A DNA stretch of 64,000 nucleotides, taken from NCBI GenBank assembly GCA_951406725.2, contig OX597820.1:22506001-22570000 (forward strand), given 5' to 3'. Shown in pieces: positions 40,995-54,826 of the stretch. The position numbers and the translations under genes are program-made. Under the pieces are notes generated by a model. It worked only from the letters and a program-made list of their open reading frames with translations, was not told the DNA's origin and did not search any database. The DNA is from Octopus vulgaris. Lineage: Eukaryota. Within the stretch, counting starts at the first letter, position 1. Every line of letters begins with the position of its first letter.

Positions 40995-41220
40995 CAGTAG
41001 CTGTGCATTGTGGGTGGTTGCCAGGATGCATTTTTGTGGACCAAGCAGAATCTTTCACTGATCGCCAGGCATTATGTGTTATCGTAAATCAATCCGTGAT
41101 AAGTGTAACATGGTTCACAACTGAGAGTACCGTGTAATCCTGAATCAGCGATGACTGAATCAATGATAAACAAGGATAGATGCACTAGAATCAGTGATAA
41201 ACGAGGATAGATGCACTACT
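40995..41220. repeat. Interspersed repeat; inverted homologue at about 48355-48620
   Basis: GAATCAGTGATAAACGAGG matches CCTCGTTTATCACTGATTC in reverse; further shared blocks. Confidence 0.65.
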
Positions 41221-41704
41221 CAAAGCACCTAAAGATAACTTAATGCATTGCGTTCATGTTTTAGAAAGTTTAAACAGCTGAACTCAGATTCTATTGTTCG
41301 AAGTAACAAGTAACTAACCCCGAATCACTTGGTTGTATTTCAGACAACGATTCCACCTTCCCTTTCACCATTTTCACAAGTTAATAATTTATCATGAACC
41401 GGATATTTTCATAATGGATTTTCAACTAATATAATTTAATTTCCCAAATAATAAATTCATTACATTGGTTCTAATGTATATGGTAAAGAAGAAACCCATT
41501 AAAAATATATTCATATTTGCCACAATTATTACTGTTTCTATGCTGTCTGCTTGACTTTAATAATATCTTCTCGATTATAATCATACAAGGCTGTCATTTA
41601 GAATAAACATTTATTTTATAAAATGATAATCCTATAACACTCTCCTTCTCTCTCTCTCTCTCTCTCCTTGTGTGTGTGCATGAGTGTCTGCACTCGTACG
41701 CACA

Positions 41705-42385
41705 TGTGTATGTATGTTATGTATATATGTATGTTATATATGTATGTTATGTATGTATGTTATGTATGTTATGTATGTATGTTATGTATGTATGTATGTA
41801 TGTATGTATGTATGTATGTTATGTATATATGTATGTTATGTATGTATGTATGTTATGTATGTATGTATGTTATGTATGTATGTTGTATGTATGTATGTAT
41901 GTATGTTATGTATGTATGTATGTATGTATGTATGTTATGTATGTATGTTATGTATGTATGTATATATGTATGTTATGTATGTATGTATGTTATGTATGTA
42001 TGCATGTTATGTATGTATGTATGTTATGTATGTATGTTATGTATGTATGTATGTTATGTATGTATGTATGTATGTTATGTATGTATGTTATGTATGTTAT
42101 GTATGTTATGTATGTATGTATGTTATGTATGTATGTATGTTATGTATGTATGTATGTTATGTATGTATGTATGTTATGTATGTATATGTATGTTATGTAT
42201 GTATGTATGTTATGTATGTATGTATGTTATGTATGTATGTATGTTATGTATGTATATATGTATGTTATGTATGTATGTATGTTATGTATGTATGTGTTAT
42301 GTATGTATGTATGTTATGTATGTATGTATATTATGTATGTATGTTATGTATGTATGTATATTATGTATGTATGTATGTATGTAAT
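41705..42385. repeat. (TATG)n/(TATGT)n compound microsatellite
   Basis: Direct reading. Confidence 0.95.
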
Positions 42386-43044
42386 GTAAGGGCTGCAGCA
42401 CTGATGCACATAAGCAGATAGGTTTTACGCTATTTCCCCGTATACCTCAGATCAGCAATTTCAATTCGTTTCCAGGGCGACTTGAGTATACATTTCCGAT
42501 GAGCTGAAATAGCAGCGAAATGCCGATGTCTACTGGATTTGCTCACCTACGAGGCAATTTGTTTCACCTGGTTTTGAAGTATACAGTGTTATTTTATTTT
42601 TTTTTAACTTAACATATTAAAGGGACTTTCTCGGAACGAAAGACCGCAGCTGGAAAGCATTTACACAGAAAACATTCATTAAGTATGTAACAATAATGTT
42701 TGCATTATTAGAACTGCTTCTAACTCAAAATGCCAGCTTAACTTAAATTATTCTTATTAGTCAAAGGACACCTGTTGCTATTTTCTTGTTGGTTGTATTT
42801 GTAATTGTGTACCATTTCCTCTGTTTTCTCATTTTTTTTTTGTCAATGTTGTCATACACATTCGCTGGCTTTCTTCCAAAAATTTAATGCTCTTAGCTTA
42901 GATTTTTGGGGCCTACCAATTTTGAACAGACTCAAGTGTAACAGGCCGAAACTGTAATGATAGTTGGAAGCTTGACTGATGAACACAGCAGAGGGCCATG
43001 TGGAGTTACTCAGCGGTTGACGTTATTATAATTTTATAATTATA

Positions 43045-43420
43045 CTAGCAGTATCGCCCGGCGTTGCTCGGGTTTGTTTCGACCCTTTAGAATTGGAATT
43101 TTTGAAAAGTAAAAATTTTGCATTATGTAGCTTGTTATTCTCTTTAAGTGAACATTTTTCTGGTTGAAATACACAGAAAAATGGCGACACAGCAGTCAAA
43201 AAATCGTAAAAAATATGGATTTTCATAGAAAAAAAAAGCACCTTTTTGATGTAAATAATTTTTGGTGTTAACATGGTCCGATTTGAATTTTTTCTTCTAC
43301 GGAAGGAAGAGCAAGCCTTCTTCTATCATACTCTCAATTTTGGTCAACTTGCGCTGCAGGGTCTTGGAGAAGATAGTGTTAGTTGAAGGCTACCAAACCT
43401 GCCATACACAGACAACTTTG
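43045..43420 (-). mobile_element. Non-autonomous Helitron-type element
   Basis: 3' end CCCGAGCAACGCCGGGCGATACTGCTAG is identical to that of 54437-54826. Confidence 0.75.
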
Positions 43421-43929
43421 TACATACACACACTGAACAATAAGGATGAGTGCTCAACACTGCATTGATGGATAAATATTCTTTCTTTGTTGGTTAACAA
43501 GGCTACCATTGGTTTCATGCCAAGAATTCTCTGTCTTTCATCCTTTTGGGGTCGATAAAATAAGTACCAGTTGAACAATGGAGGTCGATATAATCGACTA
43601 TTTCCCTCCCCCAAAATTTCAAGTACAAAGGAACATTACATATAGTAGCTAACACGCGTATTGTTGTTACCTGACAGCACCTAATCACTATTTGGTAGTT
43701 TTTGTATGTTTTTTTAACTGGTTTGTTTTTCAAAACTGGAAATATTTCCCAAAGGTAGAACATGACAAGCAATAACATGGAATAAATAAATAAATATATA
43801 AACAAACAAATAAATAAATAAAACAAAATAAATGTCTGTAAATTAGTTGTCTGAATTCAAAGAAAACCTCTTATTTCTAAAGCGTCAGAAATGAAGGAAA
43901 AAGAAACACTTTTTTTTTAATATAGGTAG

Positions 43930-44800
43930 AAATAATAACTGCTCCCGTCGTCATTATCTTTACTTCTGTATTTTATGTATTCATTTTTATTATTGTTATT
44001 ATTATCATTATTATTATTTGTTATATACTTTTTAGCGGGGATGATGTGTTGTTTATTGAGTTTTCTATATTGTTCTCTCCTCACGAGTAATCCCAGACAA
44101 TGGCGTCCACAAGGCGAAATTATAGAGAGCGATTTTATTGTGTGGACTAAACGGGAATGGAAGCACGTGACAACTTAATGATATTGTAAGGCCATACACT
44201 ATGGCTGTGTGTGCATCATGTGTGTGGTCATGAAGGTGAGGGGAGGGATTTTTCATAACGTGTGTGTATGAGAAAGTGAGAGAACATGTGTGTGTATATA
44301 AGTATGCAATAGAGAGAAAAGTGAAGGGTTCTGTAGGTGAAACGGAAAGAATAAAAGGTACGCATATGTATGTGCGTATATATATATATAAAGGTGTGTG
44401 ATTTTATGGTGCGACTCTTATGGCGAATCATTAAACGCAATATGCGTGTGTATGTGACGTGACTAGCCGGGGATAATAATGTTTCAAGCCTCGATGTCTT
44501 GAAATTAGTCGAGGCTTTACAATTTATTTTAATGGATGTGTCCGAACTTCAACGACTCTCTCGTTCGTGTCACGTATCTATAGTAACGCTTTTTTTCGTT
44601 TTATGTAGAGTTATGCGCTGTTGATTTTGCTTGGTTATGTTTGTCATAAATATAGAAAAAGATGTGTAGATGTTTCGGCTGAAGGAAATCCAGTTTTCAC
44701 ATCTCAGTCATGCCCCTCGCATATATATGTATCATAAATAAGTCAACCTTCGATCGATATTCTATCCGTAACTAGCACGTTATCTTTTCTGATATACCCA
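43930..44800. promoter_or_regulatory. CpG-retaining, repeat-poor, promoter-like segment
   Basis: YY1-like AATGGCG at 44099, E-box CACGTGAC at 44164, CRE-like TGACGTGA at 44455, GTCACGTA at 44569; motif evidence only. Confidence 0.35.
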
Positions 44801-46619
44801 TAAAAGGCGTCGAGCTGGCAGAATCGTTAGTACGCCGGGCGAAATACCTAGCGGTACTTCGTCTGCCGTTACATTCTGAGTTCAAATTCCACCGAGGTCG
44901 ACATACTCGACTTAATCCGTTTAGCCCCTTGTGGGTAGTAAAGAAATAGGCATTTCATCTGTCTTAAGGTTCTGAGTTCAAATTCCGCCGCGGTCGACTT
45001 TGCCTTTTATCCTTTCAGGGTCGATAAAATAAGTACCATTCGACTTAGCCACTTCAACGAAATTGCTGGCACCTATTATAAATTGATCTTAAATATGTAG
45101 CTATTTTGAAGTCGGTGTACAGCATTAGTTCGTAACAGTAGCGTCCCCTCCACCCTTACTTACTTTGGTGGGGGTGAACTCACAAAGGAGGCGGCTTAAG
45201 TAAAAAGGGTGGTGGAGCACTCTGGAAACTTCTGTGTGTTGAGAGGGGTCCTGATTTTTCTTAGAAATATAATATATAAAGCTTCCTCTAAACATTAAAA
45301 AAAAAACGAAAATTTCATTAAGAAATACCCATTTTTCTGAATGTTATGAGTACACGAAGTCGAGGATGGACGGGGGACACTTGTGCAGGTATAACAAAAA
45401 AGAAATATGTGTTTAAAGCTGATATTTTAATAATATCTTCGAAAACATTCTTTGTTTAGGATTACAATATGAGTCAGAGAGTGTATTATCAGAGAGCGGA
45501 AACATGGCTGATGGTATGCCAAGTTCCATTATAATTTTGTTTTATAAGTCCTCGCTTTCTTTAGTAATTTCCATAAAAATCTAACTGAAGATGCACTGGC
45601 CCACGCAAATATTTAAAAGGTGGACATAATAGAGGGGACAAAAACAGGTAATACATATAATAAACCATTGCAAAAAAGTAGTTTTTGTTTGATTAAGATA
45701 ATTTGTCCCCTACCCCCGTCCCAAGAAAAAACATGCCAAGGGACGTTTGTAAAACGTCATTCGGTGAAAGAGGGCGCTGAGCTACAAAAGGTTGAGAACA
45801 TGAGTTAGGTGAAGAGGCGGAACAATGGAGACAGTGCATATATTGGTATGACTGCTAGTCTATTTAAGAACAGGTTATATTAACATAATTACACATTTTT
45901 GAGCATTACAAAACTAGAAATATATATAGCCAGTTTTTGAAAAATAGCACTGTATCTCATATCATTAAATGGCGACGCTAAGACAAAACACTAACTTATA
46001 TACAATTGAATGTTTGCTGTAGGCTTGCTGTAGCCTTTGTACTCTGGAAAGGCTGTCTATCCTGAAACAGCAAACCAAAGAATTGAATAAATACAGAGAA
46101 GTAATCGCTTCATGCACTGGTGCGTTTAAATAACTACCGTAATTGATGGCATAAAAGACGTACGGGCATATTAGATGCACCCCAATTTCAGCAGCGCATA
46201 TTCGGGGAAAATATTTTCAGTGTATTAAAGCATGTAATATAGGCCCAACTTTAAATATAAGACCTGGAGGGACTTTATGAAACTTTTTCTTTATTTTTTA
46301 TTATATTTTTATTTTTTTGAAAAAAGTGTGTCTAAGATGTCATCAAATACGGTACTTAAAAACCATAATGGCAACACAATAGGTTGTGATATGAAATCCT
46401 CATAACAGATTTCGTTTTCCCTTTTCTCTTCAAATGGTATTTTGTACCTAATTAAAAAGATGACGTTAAAGTAACTTCTCAAACAATTAAATGAACATAC
46501 GGTATTTAAAAAACAAACTAGAATATTCCCTCCTTCTAAGAATAGCACGTTTTCAAAAACTTGTACAAACACTGTCGATTTTATGGAATTGGATGAGCTT
46601 AATGTGCAGCATAAGCATT

Positions 46620-48268
46620 TGATTGATTGATTGATTGATTCCAGTTTCAGCTTATGAGCTGTGGCCATGCTGGGGCACCGCCATTTGGTGTTGCTACTTG
46701 GTTTCACTTCATGGAGGCTTTCTAGCAACTGCTATTTGGTGCATGAGAGAGTTCGATGCAGCTGCCCTCATCTGCCCCTCCTGCCGTGAAGTTGGTTCAT
46801 CTGGGACACCTGACAGGAAGAGATCCAGCTTCATTTTAAAGACATCTGTATCCACCCCATGCAGGTCTCTCAGGTTCTTCGGGAGGATATTGAAGAGCTG
46901 TGGGCCTCGGAAGCCCAGGCTATCACAGAATCTTGTTCTACATCTTGATGGCAGGTTTGAGTCCTAGGCACCACGCAGTGGCGCCCAGTTCTGGCATTTG
47001 CGTAACTCTCGATGCCAAAGTTCAGGACACTTCCCTCCAGGATCTTCCAGATGTATATTATGGCATATATTTCCCGCCTACGCTCCAGGGAATATAATTT
47101 TAATCTCTTGAGTCTTTCCCAGTAGCTTACATTCTGCATAGAGGCTATCTTCTTTGTGTAGCTTCGTTGGATCGCCTCAAGTTCTGTGATCAACTTGACA
47201 CTGGATGGTGACCATAGCTGAGAGCAATAGTCAAAGTGGCTTAGGACAAGTGTCTTCCAGAGGACCATCATGGTTTCTTGTTCTCTTGTTCTAAAGGTTC
47301 TAAGAATCCAGCCAGCCAGCCGTCTACATTTCATTGTCAGTTTAGCAACATGTACATGAAAGGTCGCGTCATCACTCATGTGAATACCCAGGTCACGCAC
47401 TGATTGTGCCTCTGGGATTGCAATCCCTCCAGGTCCAGTGTATTCATTGGGTATTGCATTCAGTTTTGCATGCTGATAGTATAAAGCTTGAAACTTTCCA
47501 GCATTGAACTGCATGCTATTCTTTTCAGCCCACTTGTATATTTCGTCCAGCTCACATTGCAGGTGTTTAGTGTCCTCAGGGTTCTGTATTGCCTGTGAAA
47601 CTTTTGTATCATCTGCATAACTTGTGATCGTGGCTCTCTGCGTGGCTGAGGGCATGTCTGAGAGGGCCATTATGAACAGTAGTGGTCCCAGAACAGTGCC
47701 CTGCGGAACACCGCTCACTATTTGTGTGTTAATGGAGGTGGCCCCATTGGCTACTACCACCTGACTTCTATCCTTCAGAAAGTCATGAAGCCATTCTCCC
47801 AGTTTTCCAACTATGTTGAGATCACGCAGTTTGTGACATATCATTCCATGATCGACTTTATCAAAGGCCTTTGCAAAGTCGAGATATATCACTTCCACAT
47901 TTGAGTGGTTGAGCAGCCGTTTCAGCACCCAGTCATAGTGTTGTAGGAGCTGAGTTAAACAGCTTCTCCCTGGTCGGAAACCATGTTGGGTGTCGGGCAG
48001 CAAGTCATTCTCTTCAAGGAAGGTGATCAGCTTCCTTCTGACTATTCGTTCCATGACCTTGCTGATGTGTGAGGTCAGAGAGATAGGTCTATAGTTCTTG
48101 GCTTCCGCTCTGCTACCTCCTTTATGAATGGGGCATATTTTACCTTCCTTCAGTTTTCCTGGAAGTTTGCCAGCAGCAAGGAAGCTCTGAAAGAGGAACT
48201 GCAGTGGTCTTGCTAGGACTCTCTTACATGCTTTTAGGAGGATTGCCGGGAATCCATCGGGGCCAGTA
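46620..48268 (-). mobile_element. 5'-truncated CR1-group LINE with reverse transcriptase domain
   Basis: GPDG, NYRPISLTS, QHGFRPGRSC, YLDFAKAFDKVDH, SGVPQGTVLGPLLF and YADDTK motifs; open to about 46950, then a frameshift; 3' stem-loop and (TCAA)n tail. Confidence 0.96.
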
Positions 48269-50858
48269 CTATAAATAAATATAAAGTGGAAGAACTGAAA
48301 AAAAACCCATAAATATGTCTTCGTACATGTAAATATATATATACGTATATGAGTGTACGTGTAGCCTCGTTTATCACTGATTCGTTTATCATTGATCCGG
48401 TATAATACGGTACGCTTAATTGCGAACCATGTTACGCCCATCATGGATTGGTCTGTGATAACACGGGTCGGCGTGTACGCTCAATTGTGAACCATGTCAT
48501 GCTTATGGATTGATCTGATAACACGGGTCGACGATCAGACGAAGATTCTGCTTGTACAGCAAAAAACGCGCACCAGCGACCACTTACGATGCTCAGCTAC
48601 CCAGATGCACTGGCTATAACTTGTGAAGCTAAGTAGTTTTTACACGGATTGGCGTATTTATTATAGCCATCAACACGAGACCTGGGACTCGTGGTGCGTT
48701 TGCAAAAAGGAAGAACTAAAAAAAAACAAAAAACAAAAAAAAAACATATCTTCCTACATGTAAGTACGTGTGTGCGGAATTTTTTTTAAGGAAAAAAAAG
48801 TGTATCTTACATGCAACGCTTGATTAATCATTGAGCAAAATAAGCATGTGTTTAGGGTATCATGGAACGAGGGTGTGGACCAAAGAAATAATAAATGGTT
48901 TACGACACAAAAGAATTCACTTTAAAGTCGCTAAAATAATATTCAGGGTACTTATAGAAGCAGATGAGTTATGTAAGATTAAATTTGAGGATCTGAGCAA
49001 AGACTTGGCAATTACAAAAAAAAAAATTAGGAAAAACTTTTCAACTATAAAATGGAAGTATACAAAAATAAACATTATTTTCCATCTTACTGCTTTGTTT
49101 CATTTTGAAAAATCAAAGCATATTTTGTGGTTTATTATCGCTTAAATTTTGAATGACATATATATTGAGGCTTACGGCCTCTATGGGTCTTAATCCAGTT
49201 CTGCTTATATGCCATCAAATACGGTAATTACAGGCTGCCCTGCTCTTGTGCCGTTCATGTACATTCATAAACACGATCGAATCGTCTGCTATTTCCATTT
49301 GGCAGAATATGCCGATTCCCCGACATAAAAACAGATTAAAAGTGATATAAACATGATGCTGACCTGGTCACAATCAAGGTTAAAGCAAAGTCTGTGATAT
49401 AATTATCATGGACTGGAACGGTTGACGGCAATTCTGGGCCTTTTTACTTGTAAGTCGATCGATCGCCAAGTTATGCCTGATTTTAGAAGGCAAGTAATTA
49501 GATAGATTTGCATCTACATCTATTATCGGATTTTGTTAGGGACCCATATGGTAAAGATGTGGATGGGAAAAATGTGGATAGAGGGTGATGTGCTAGCAAC
49601 CCTCTCCCCTTACTGTTTTAGAAAGTAAACAACAACACAAATAACTACGCAGAGGCAGCCATGGTTGGAACAAGAACAAGAACACAAGCATTATCAAAAG
49701 AGACTTGAAGCATAGTCAGTCATTCCTTACTCAAATGACCTTATCTTATCACCCATCACTTGTTATGTGCTCATAAATTAGTTTGACAGTTGAACTCTTA
49801 TTGGCTGTATGCAAATGAGTTCATAACTGGGATCCAGAACTCCCGTGGGAAAAAAAAATTCGCGTCCGGAACAGTCCTTGAGTTTGCCCGCCTGCCAAAC
49901 CTAGGGAGGTTTATTCTGCAGATCCAAAAGTGCCACACCATATAAAGCATCGGGGAGGACTGTCCCACAACCACCATCACAGCTACGTTACTGCTTCGAA
50001 CTCGAAATCCTGTCTCAACTGACTTTAGATTTCGTCCATAAATAGAACAAGCGCAATAAGCAATGCCGAAAACGTCCTAACTTCTTCCCATAAAAAAAAA
50101 ACAACAAAACTGTGACCTCGCGTGTCAACGTCTCGAAAATAATAAATAAATAAATAAATAATATATAAATAAATACGAAGCTGAACGTTTCTCTGACAAA
50201 GAAAAGGCAGGATTCTGAAACGGGCAATGTTAAAATAAATGAGATAGTTGTGAAGTTTACAAGGTAAACAACTGCAGATAATGACCTTTAACAGAATACG
50301 ACGTTTGTTGTTTTATTTTTAACCTTGTCATTGTGTGTTTACATGGACAGTCACTGCAGGGACAGTGTGCAGCAGCTTAAACATTTGAAAAATGCACATT
50401 CACACAAACATACACATATTTACGTACATACATGTAGTAACGTAGCTAGAGGTAGGTCGAGGGGGCGGTCGACGCCGGGAGATGCCTTTTTTTGGCGGCA
50501 GCACTTTTCAGTTCGCTGTATAAACCTGCATAAGCTTCATTTGTCAGCCCCGGGTGGAGGACAGCAAACTTAAGGGTTGCCCTGGGCATACACACAGTAA
50601 CCACATGACTGCATACATGCGTAGACACTTATATGCAAACATCCGTGTTTAGAAATGTGTGTATGTAAGGTTATGTTTACATTACGACTGCAAAGTGGCT
50701 GTGTGGTAAGTAGATTGCTTACCAACCACATGGTTGCGGGTTCATTCCTACTGCGTGGCACCTTGGGCAAGTATCTTCGACTATAGCCTCGGGCCAACCA
50801 AAGCCTTTTGAGTGGATTTGGTAGACGGAAACTGAAAGAAGCCCGTCATATATATGTG

Positions 50859-50935
<77 letters not shown>

Positions 50936-51581
50936 ATACGTGTATGTGTGTGTATATGTTTGTGTGTCTGTGTTTGTCCCCACAACATCGCTTGACAATC
51001 GATGCTGGTGTGTTTACGTCCCCGTAACTTAGCAGTTCAGCAAAAGAGACCGATAGAATAATAGGCTTACAATGAATAAGTCCTGGGTGTCGATTTGCTC
51101 GACTAAAGGCGGTGCTCCAGCATGGCCGCAGTCAAATGACTGAAACAAGTAAAAGACTAAAAGACGTACCAATATGCTGTCTTTCTTTTTTTATAATTTA
51201 GAGTAAATTTTGACCGACCATCTAATTGGTAGCAAGGCTGTGAAGGAAACTATTTTGCTTTGATAGTCATCCTTTAAATCTTAAGGTCTTCCAAGCTTTT
51301 ATAGTCCCAGCATCTTGTTTTAACCATCATCCTTTAAATATTAAGAAGGTCTTGCAAAATTTTATGGTCCCAGATATAGTGTTCATTTGTAGCAGATGAA
51401 TTAAGGATTTGAATTTTCTCTCCAACATCCCAAAAGCTCAGCCATATTTTTGTTCCAGACGGGTTTGAAGTATGTAATAGGTATGAAGCTGGAAGTGTAT
51501 CTCGGATACTGGATTTCCAAACTCCTTTTCAAAGAGCTATAGATGTCCTGCATGCATATATACCTGTATGTATACATGAAA

Positions 51582-51725
51582 CAGGGGCGGACTGAGAGTA
51601 TTAAGAGCCATCGGGCATAACTATTTACCGGGCCCCTTTGGATGTGTGTTTTAATAGAGTTAACATGTAGATTGCGGGCCCCTCCAGGGCAATGCCCGAT
51701 TGACCGACGGCTTAGTTTGCCCCTG
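51582..51725. mobile_element. hAT-type MITE
   Basis: TIR CAGGGGCGGACT / AGTTTGCCCCTG; 8-bp TSD ACATGAAA / GCATGAAA. Confidence 0.8.
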
Positions 51726-51888
51726 GCATGAAATAAGCATGCCACTCTTTATATATTCGACAAATTCAGTAGCTACAAAGAACTAGCTCTACTAATTTGC
51801 ATATCGTGTTAACTCTTTATTTAATATCAGAAACCTGTCAACAGAACTCTCTTGTTGTATTCGAATGCACGTGGGCCAAAGAATTTTA

Positions 51889-51960
<72 letters not shown>

Positions 51961-52121
51961 CCAGGATGATCCTGATACAAAGTGGAGCAAGGAAATCCCT
52001 TAGACAAGCCACACAGTGATTTGTTTAAAGTGGTGATAACTTGGTTGGGCTTATGAATTTTTTTTTTTTTTGCCTGCTGATAGCAACAGTTAGTACAAGT
52101 ATGCCATGAAACTGATGAACA

Positions 52122-52612
52122 GCATGTGGTGTTAGCGGTGTTATGGGCTGTGATGAGCTATGTGGTGTTGGTGGAGATGATTGCAGATGAGGTAAAAGGG
52201 AAGTGAAGACTAGAGGGGCCGGCGGAAGAGTCACACGCCATGTTTTGGATGCACGGAAGATTGTCCATACCTCAGAGGATGGAACCAGCAACAGTGGGCA
52301 AGAAGATGAAGACAGCATCAGTAGACAAGATGATGAAGCCAGCAGCAGCATGCTAGAAACTCAGGCCAGCACGGCGACCACAGAGGGAGCGGTACCCTCC
52401 TCCCTGGTTGGCTGATTATGAAACCAGTTAAGGTGTGAGTTCGGGAGCGAGGAGTGAGTGGGAAAGCCGGTTGAGTGATCTGCAGATCAGGGAGAGGGGC
52501 GTGTGGTGTTAGCGGTGTTATCGGCTGTGATGAGCTATGCAGTGTTGGTGGAGAGGATTGCAGATGAGGTAAAAGAGAAGTGAAGATTGCAGGGGCCGCC
52601 GGAAGAGCCACA
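52122..52612 (+). repeat. Two diverged GC-rich direct repeats of 114 bp (52122-52235 and 52499-52612)
   Basis: TGTGGTGTTAGCGGTGTTAT...GCAGATGAGGTAAAAG...CGGAAGAG(T/C)CACA occurs twice. Confidence 0.85.
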
Positions 52613-53128
52613 GGGGCATGCGCGGGCAGGAAACACGTGTGGTGAGTTCGAGCAGAGACGGCAGCGAGCAAAGACGTGTTTATTTCTTGAGAGTGATCGT
52701 TCATTCCGCTGAGGCCAACAGGTAAGGCCCTTTGTATTTCTTTCTCCCGTTTGCTTCTTTTTCTGTTGTCCTTTTCATCACACTATACAGCAGACGTCAG
52801 TTGGATGACTCTCATGAGTTCGTCCGCTCTATGCTGGATGCTGCTTTTCACTCCGCAGAGTGTTCAATAATCATCATCATCCTCACCAAACTAGCTTGCT
52901 GGGGTTGGCGGTTTTAAGCCGACGACCCGACCATGTGACGAGTTGCGCTGGGCTACATGTTACTAGTAACGCTGGACAGCGACCTCAAAATACGCGCGCG
53001 CGCTCATAATTAAAATCTGCGTGGCAGAGGGGGAACAACAAAGGAACATACGGAAATACAGGACAAAAAAAACAACAAAAAAACAATGGACACGAACATG
53101 TTCAATCTTTCATCGGTTATCGACCAAA

Positions 53129-53548
53129 TAAAGGGCGGCGAGCTGGCAGAATCGTTAGCACGCCGGGCGAAATGCGTAGCCGTATTTCGTCTGTCGCTAC
53201 GTTCTGAGTTCAAATTCCGCCGAGCTCGACTTTGCCTTTCATCCTTTCGGGGTCGATAAATTAAGTACCAGTTACGCACTGGGGTCGATGTAATCGACTT
53301 AATCCGTTTGTCTGTCCTTGTTTGTCCCCTCTGTGTTTGGCCCCATGTGGGTAGTAAAGAAATAGGTATTTCGTCTGTCGCTACATTCAGAGTTCAAATT
53401 CCGCCGAGGTCGACTTTGCCTTTCATCCTTTCGGGGTCGATAAATTAAGTATCAGTTACGCACTGGGGTCGATCTAATCGACTTAATCCGTTCGTCTGTC
53501 CTTGTTTGTCCCCTCTGTGTTTAGCCCCTTGTGGGTAGTAAAGAAACA
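53129..53548 (+). mobile_element. Young family B SINE with a tandemly duplicated 3' domain
   Basis: 14-bp TSD GGTTATCGACCAAA at 53115-53128 and 53549-53562; CpGs intact. Confidence 0.92.
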
Positions 53549-54436
53549 GGTTATCGACCAAACATCATTACAATTTCGAAACCGAGGTTTAAACATTCAT
53601 ATGTATTCTTATGTATGTAGGTGTGTATACACATACACGTAATATAATTGTAATTATATTTATATTTACACAAATAAACATATTCACACGCGCGCACGCG
53701 CGCACACATTGTTTTCTTGTTTATTCGGCGTTATCGTCTTCTCTTTGATGTCCTTATCCAACTCGAAATACTTATTATTCTACTACATTCCCTTCATTAT
53801 AGATTTCTTTGAAGTGTTTCTATAATTGTTAAAATAAGTTTAATATAATATATTATTTCTTTGAGAACAGACAGTAACTAAGACAGCTAAGCAGCTTTGA
53901 GAGAGAAAAAAAAAACCTATTTGGGATTTATTTTATTTTATAACCATACTCTCAAATTTGAATCACCAAATACGCACACTCGCTTAAATGTGAGTATCTT
54001 AAAACTCCATATATAGATACACACATTTTTTTATTTTTCATTTTCACAAAAAAAAAATAAATAAATACAAGAATCTGGATTAAAAGCAGGAGTGTGTATA
54101 ATGCACGTTATAAGGCAGCTAATTTTCCCCTCATCCACATTTATTAAGCAAAAACAAGCAACCAAAAAACAATAATGTAATAAAACTAATATATTTGAGA
54201 TGATTATATAATATATATCAATATTTTGTTATTAAAGGCGGTGAACTGGTAGAATCGAAATGCTTAGTGGCAATTCGTCTGTCTTTCGTTCTGAGTTCAA
54301 ATTCTGCTGAGGTCGACTTTACCTTTCATTCTTTCGAGGTCGATAAAATAAGTACCAGTTGAGCATCGGTGTCGATGTAATCGACTTACCCCCCTGCCCA
54401 GAAATTGCTGACCTGAACCAAAATCTGAAACTAATA

Positions 54437-54826
54437 TCTCTCTATATATAAACGGCAGTTTGTCTGTCTGTGTGTCTGTGTGTCTGTCAGGTTGTACCCT
54501 CACCCTGACCACGGCTTTCAACCGATTCTGATGAAACTTGACACACACATAGCCCAATGTCATAATTCAAAACTAACGCATAATTCAAACTAACGCAGCG
54601 AAAAGTTCCCCCAGTTCTGAAAAAAATCGATAAATTCGACATGGGGTCGAGAATCAGAAAGACAAACCACAGACTGTCTAGGGGACGCAACTCGACCTTT
54701 TTAACTCTAAAAAAATTTACCATCATTTTTTTTCCATTTTTTTGCTATTTTTTAGCTATAACTCTCTAAAAATGCTTTATAGTTATTTCCCTGACAAACC
54801 CGAGCAACGCCGGGCGATACTGCTAG
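54437..54826 (+). mobile_element. Non-autonomous Helitron-type element
   Basis: 5' TC, 3' CTAG, subterminal hairpin CCCG-AGCAACGC-CGGG, inserted between A and T without a TSD, internal (GTCT)n. Confidence 0.82.

Noticed and set aside
42490-42535. CCGATGA-GCTG(aaatag)CAGC-GAAA
   Set aside because: Stem II is good, but I could not form stems I and III; at most a remnant
48269-48444. N-terminal part of the 524-aa ORF
   Set aside because: Read-through from flanking sequence; LINE homology begins at TGPDG (about 48268)
49798-49980. 60-aa minus-strand ORF in CpG-rich unique sequence
   Set aside because: No recognisable homology or convincing exon structure
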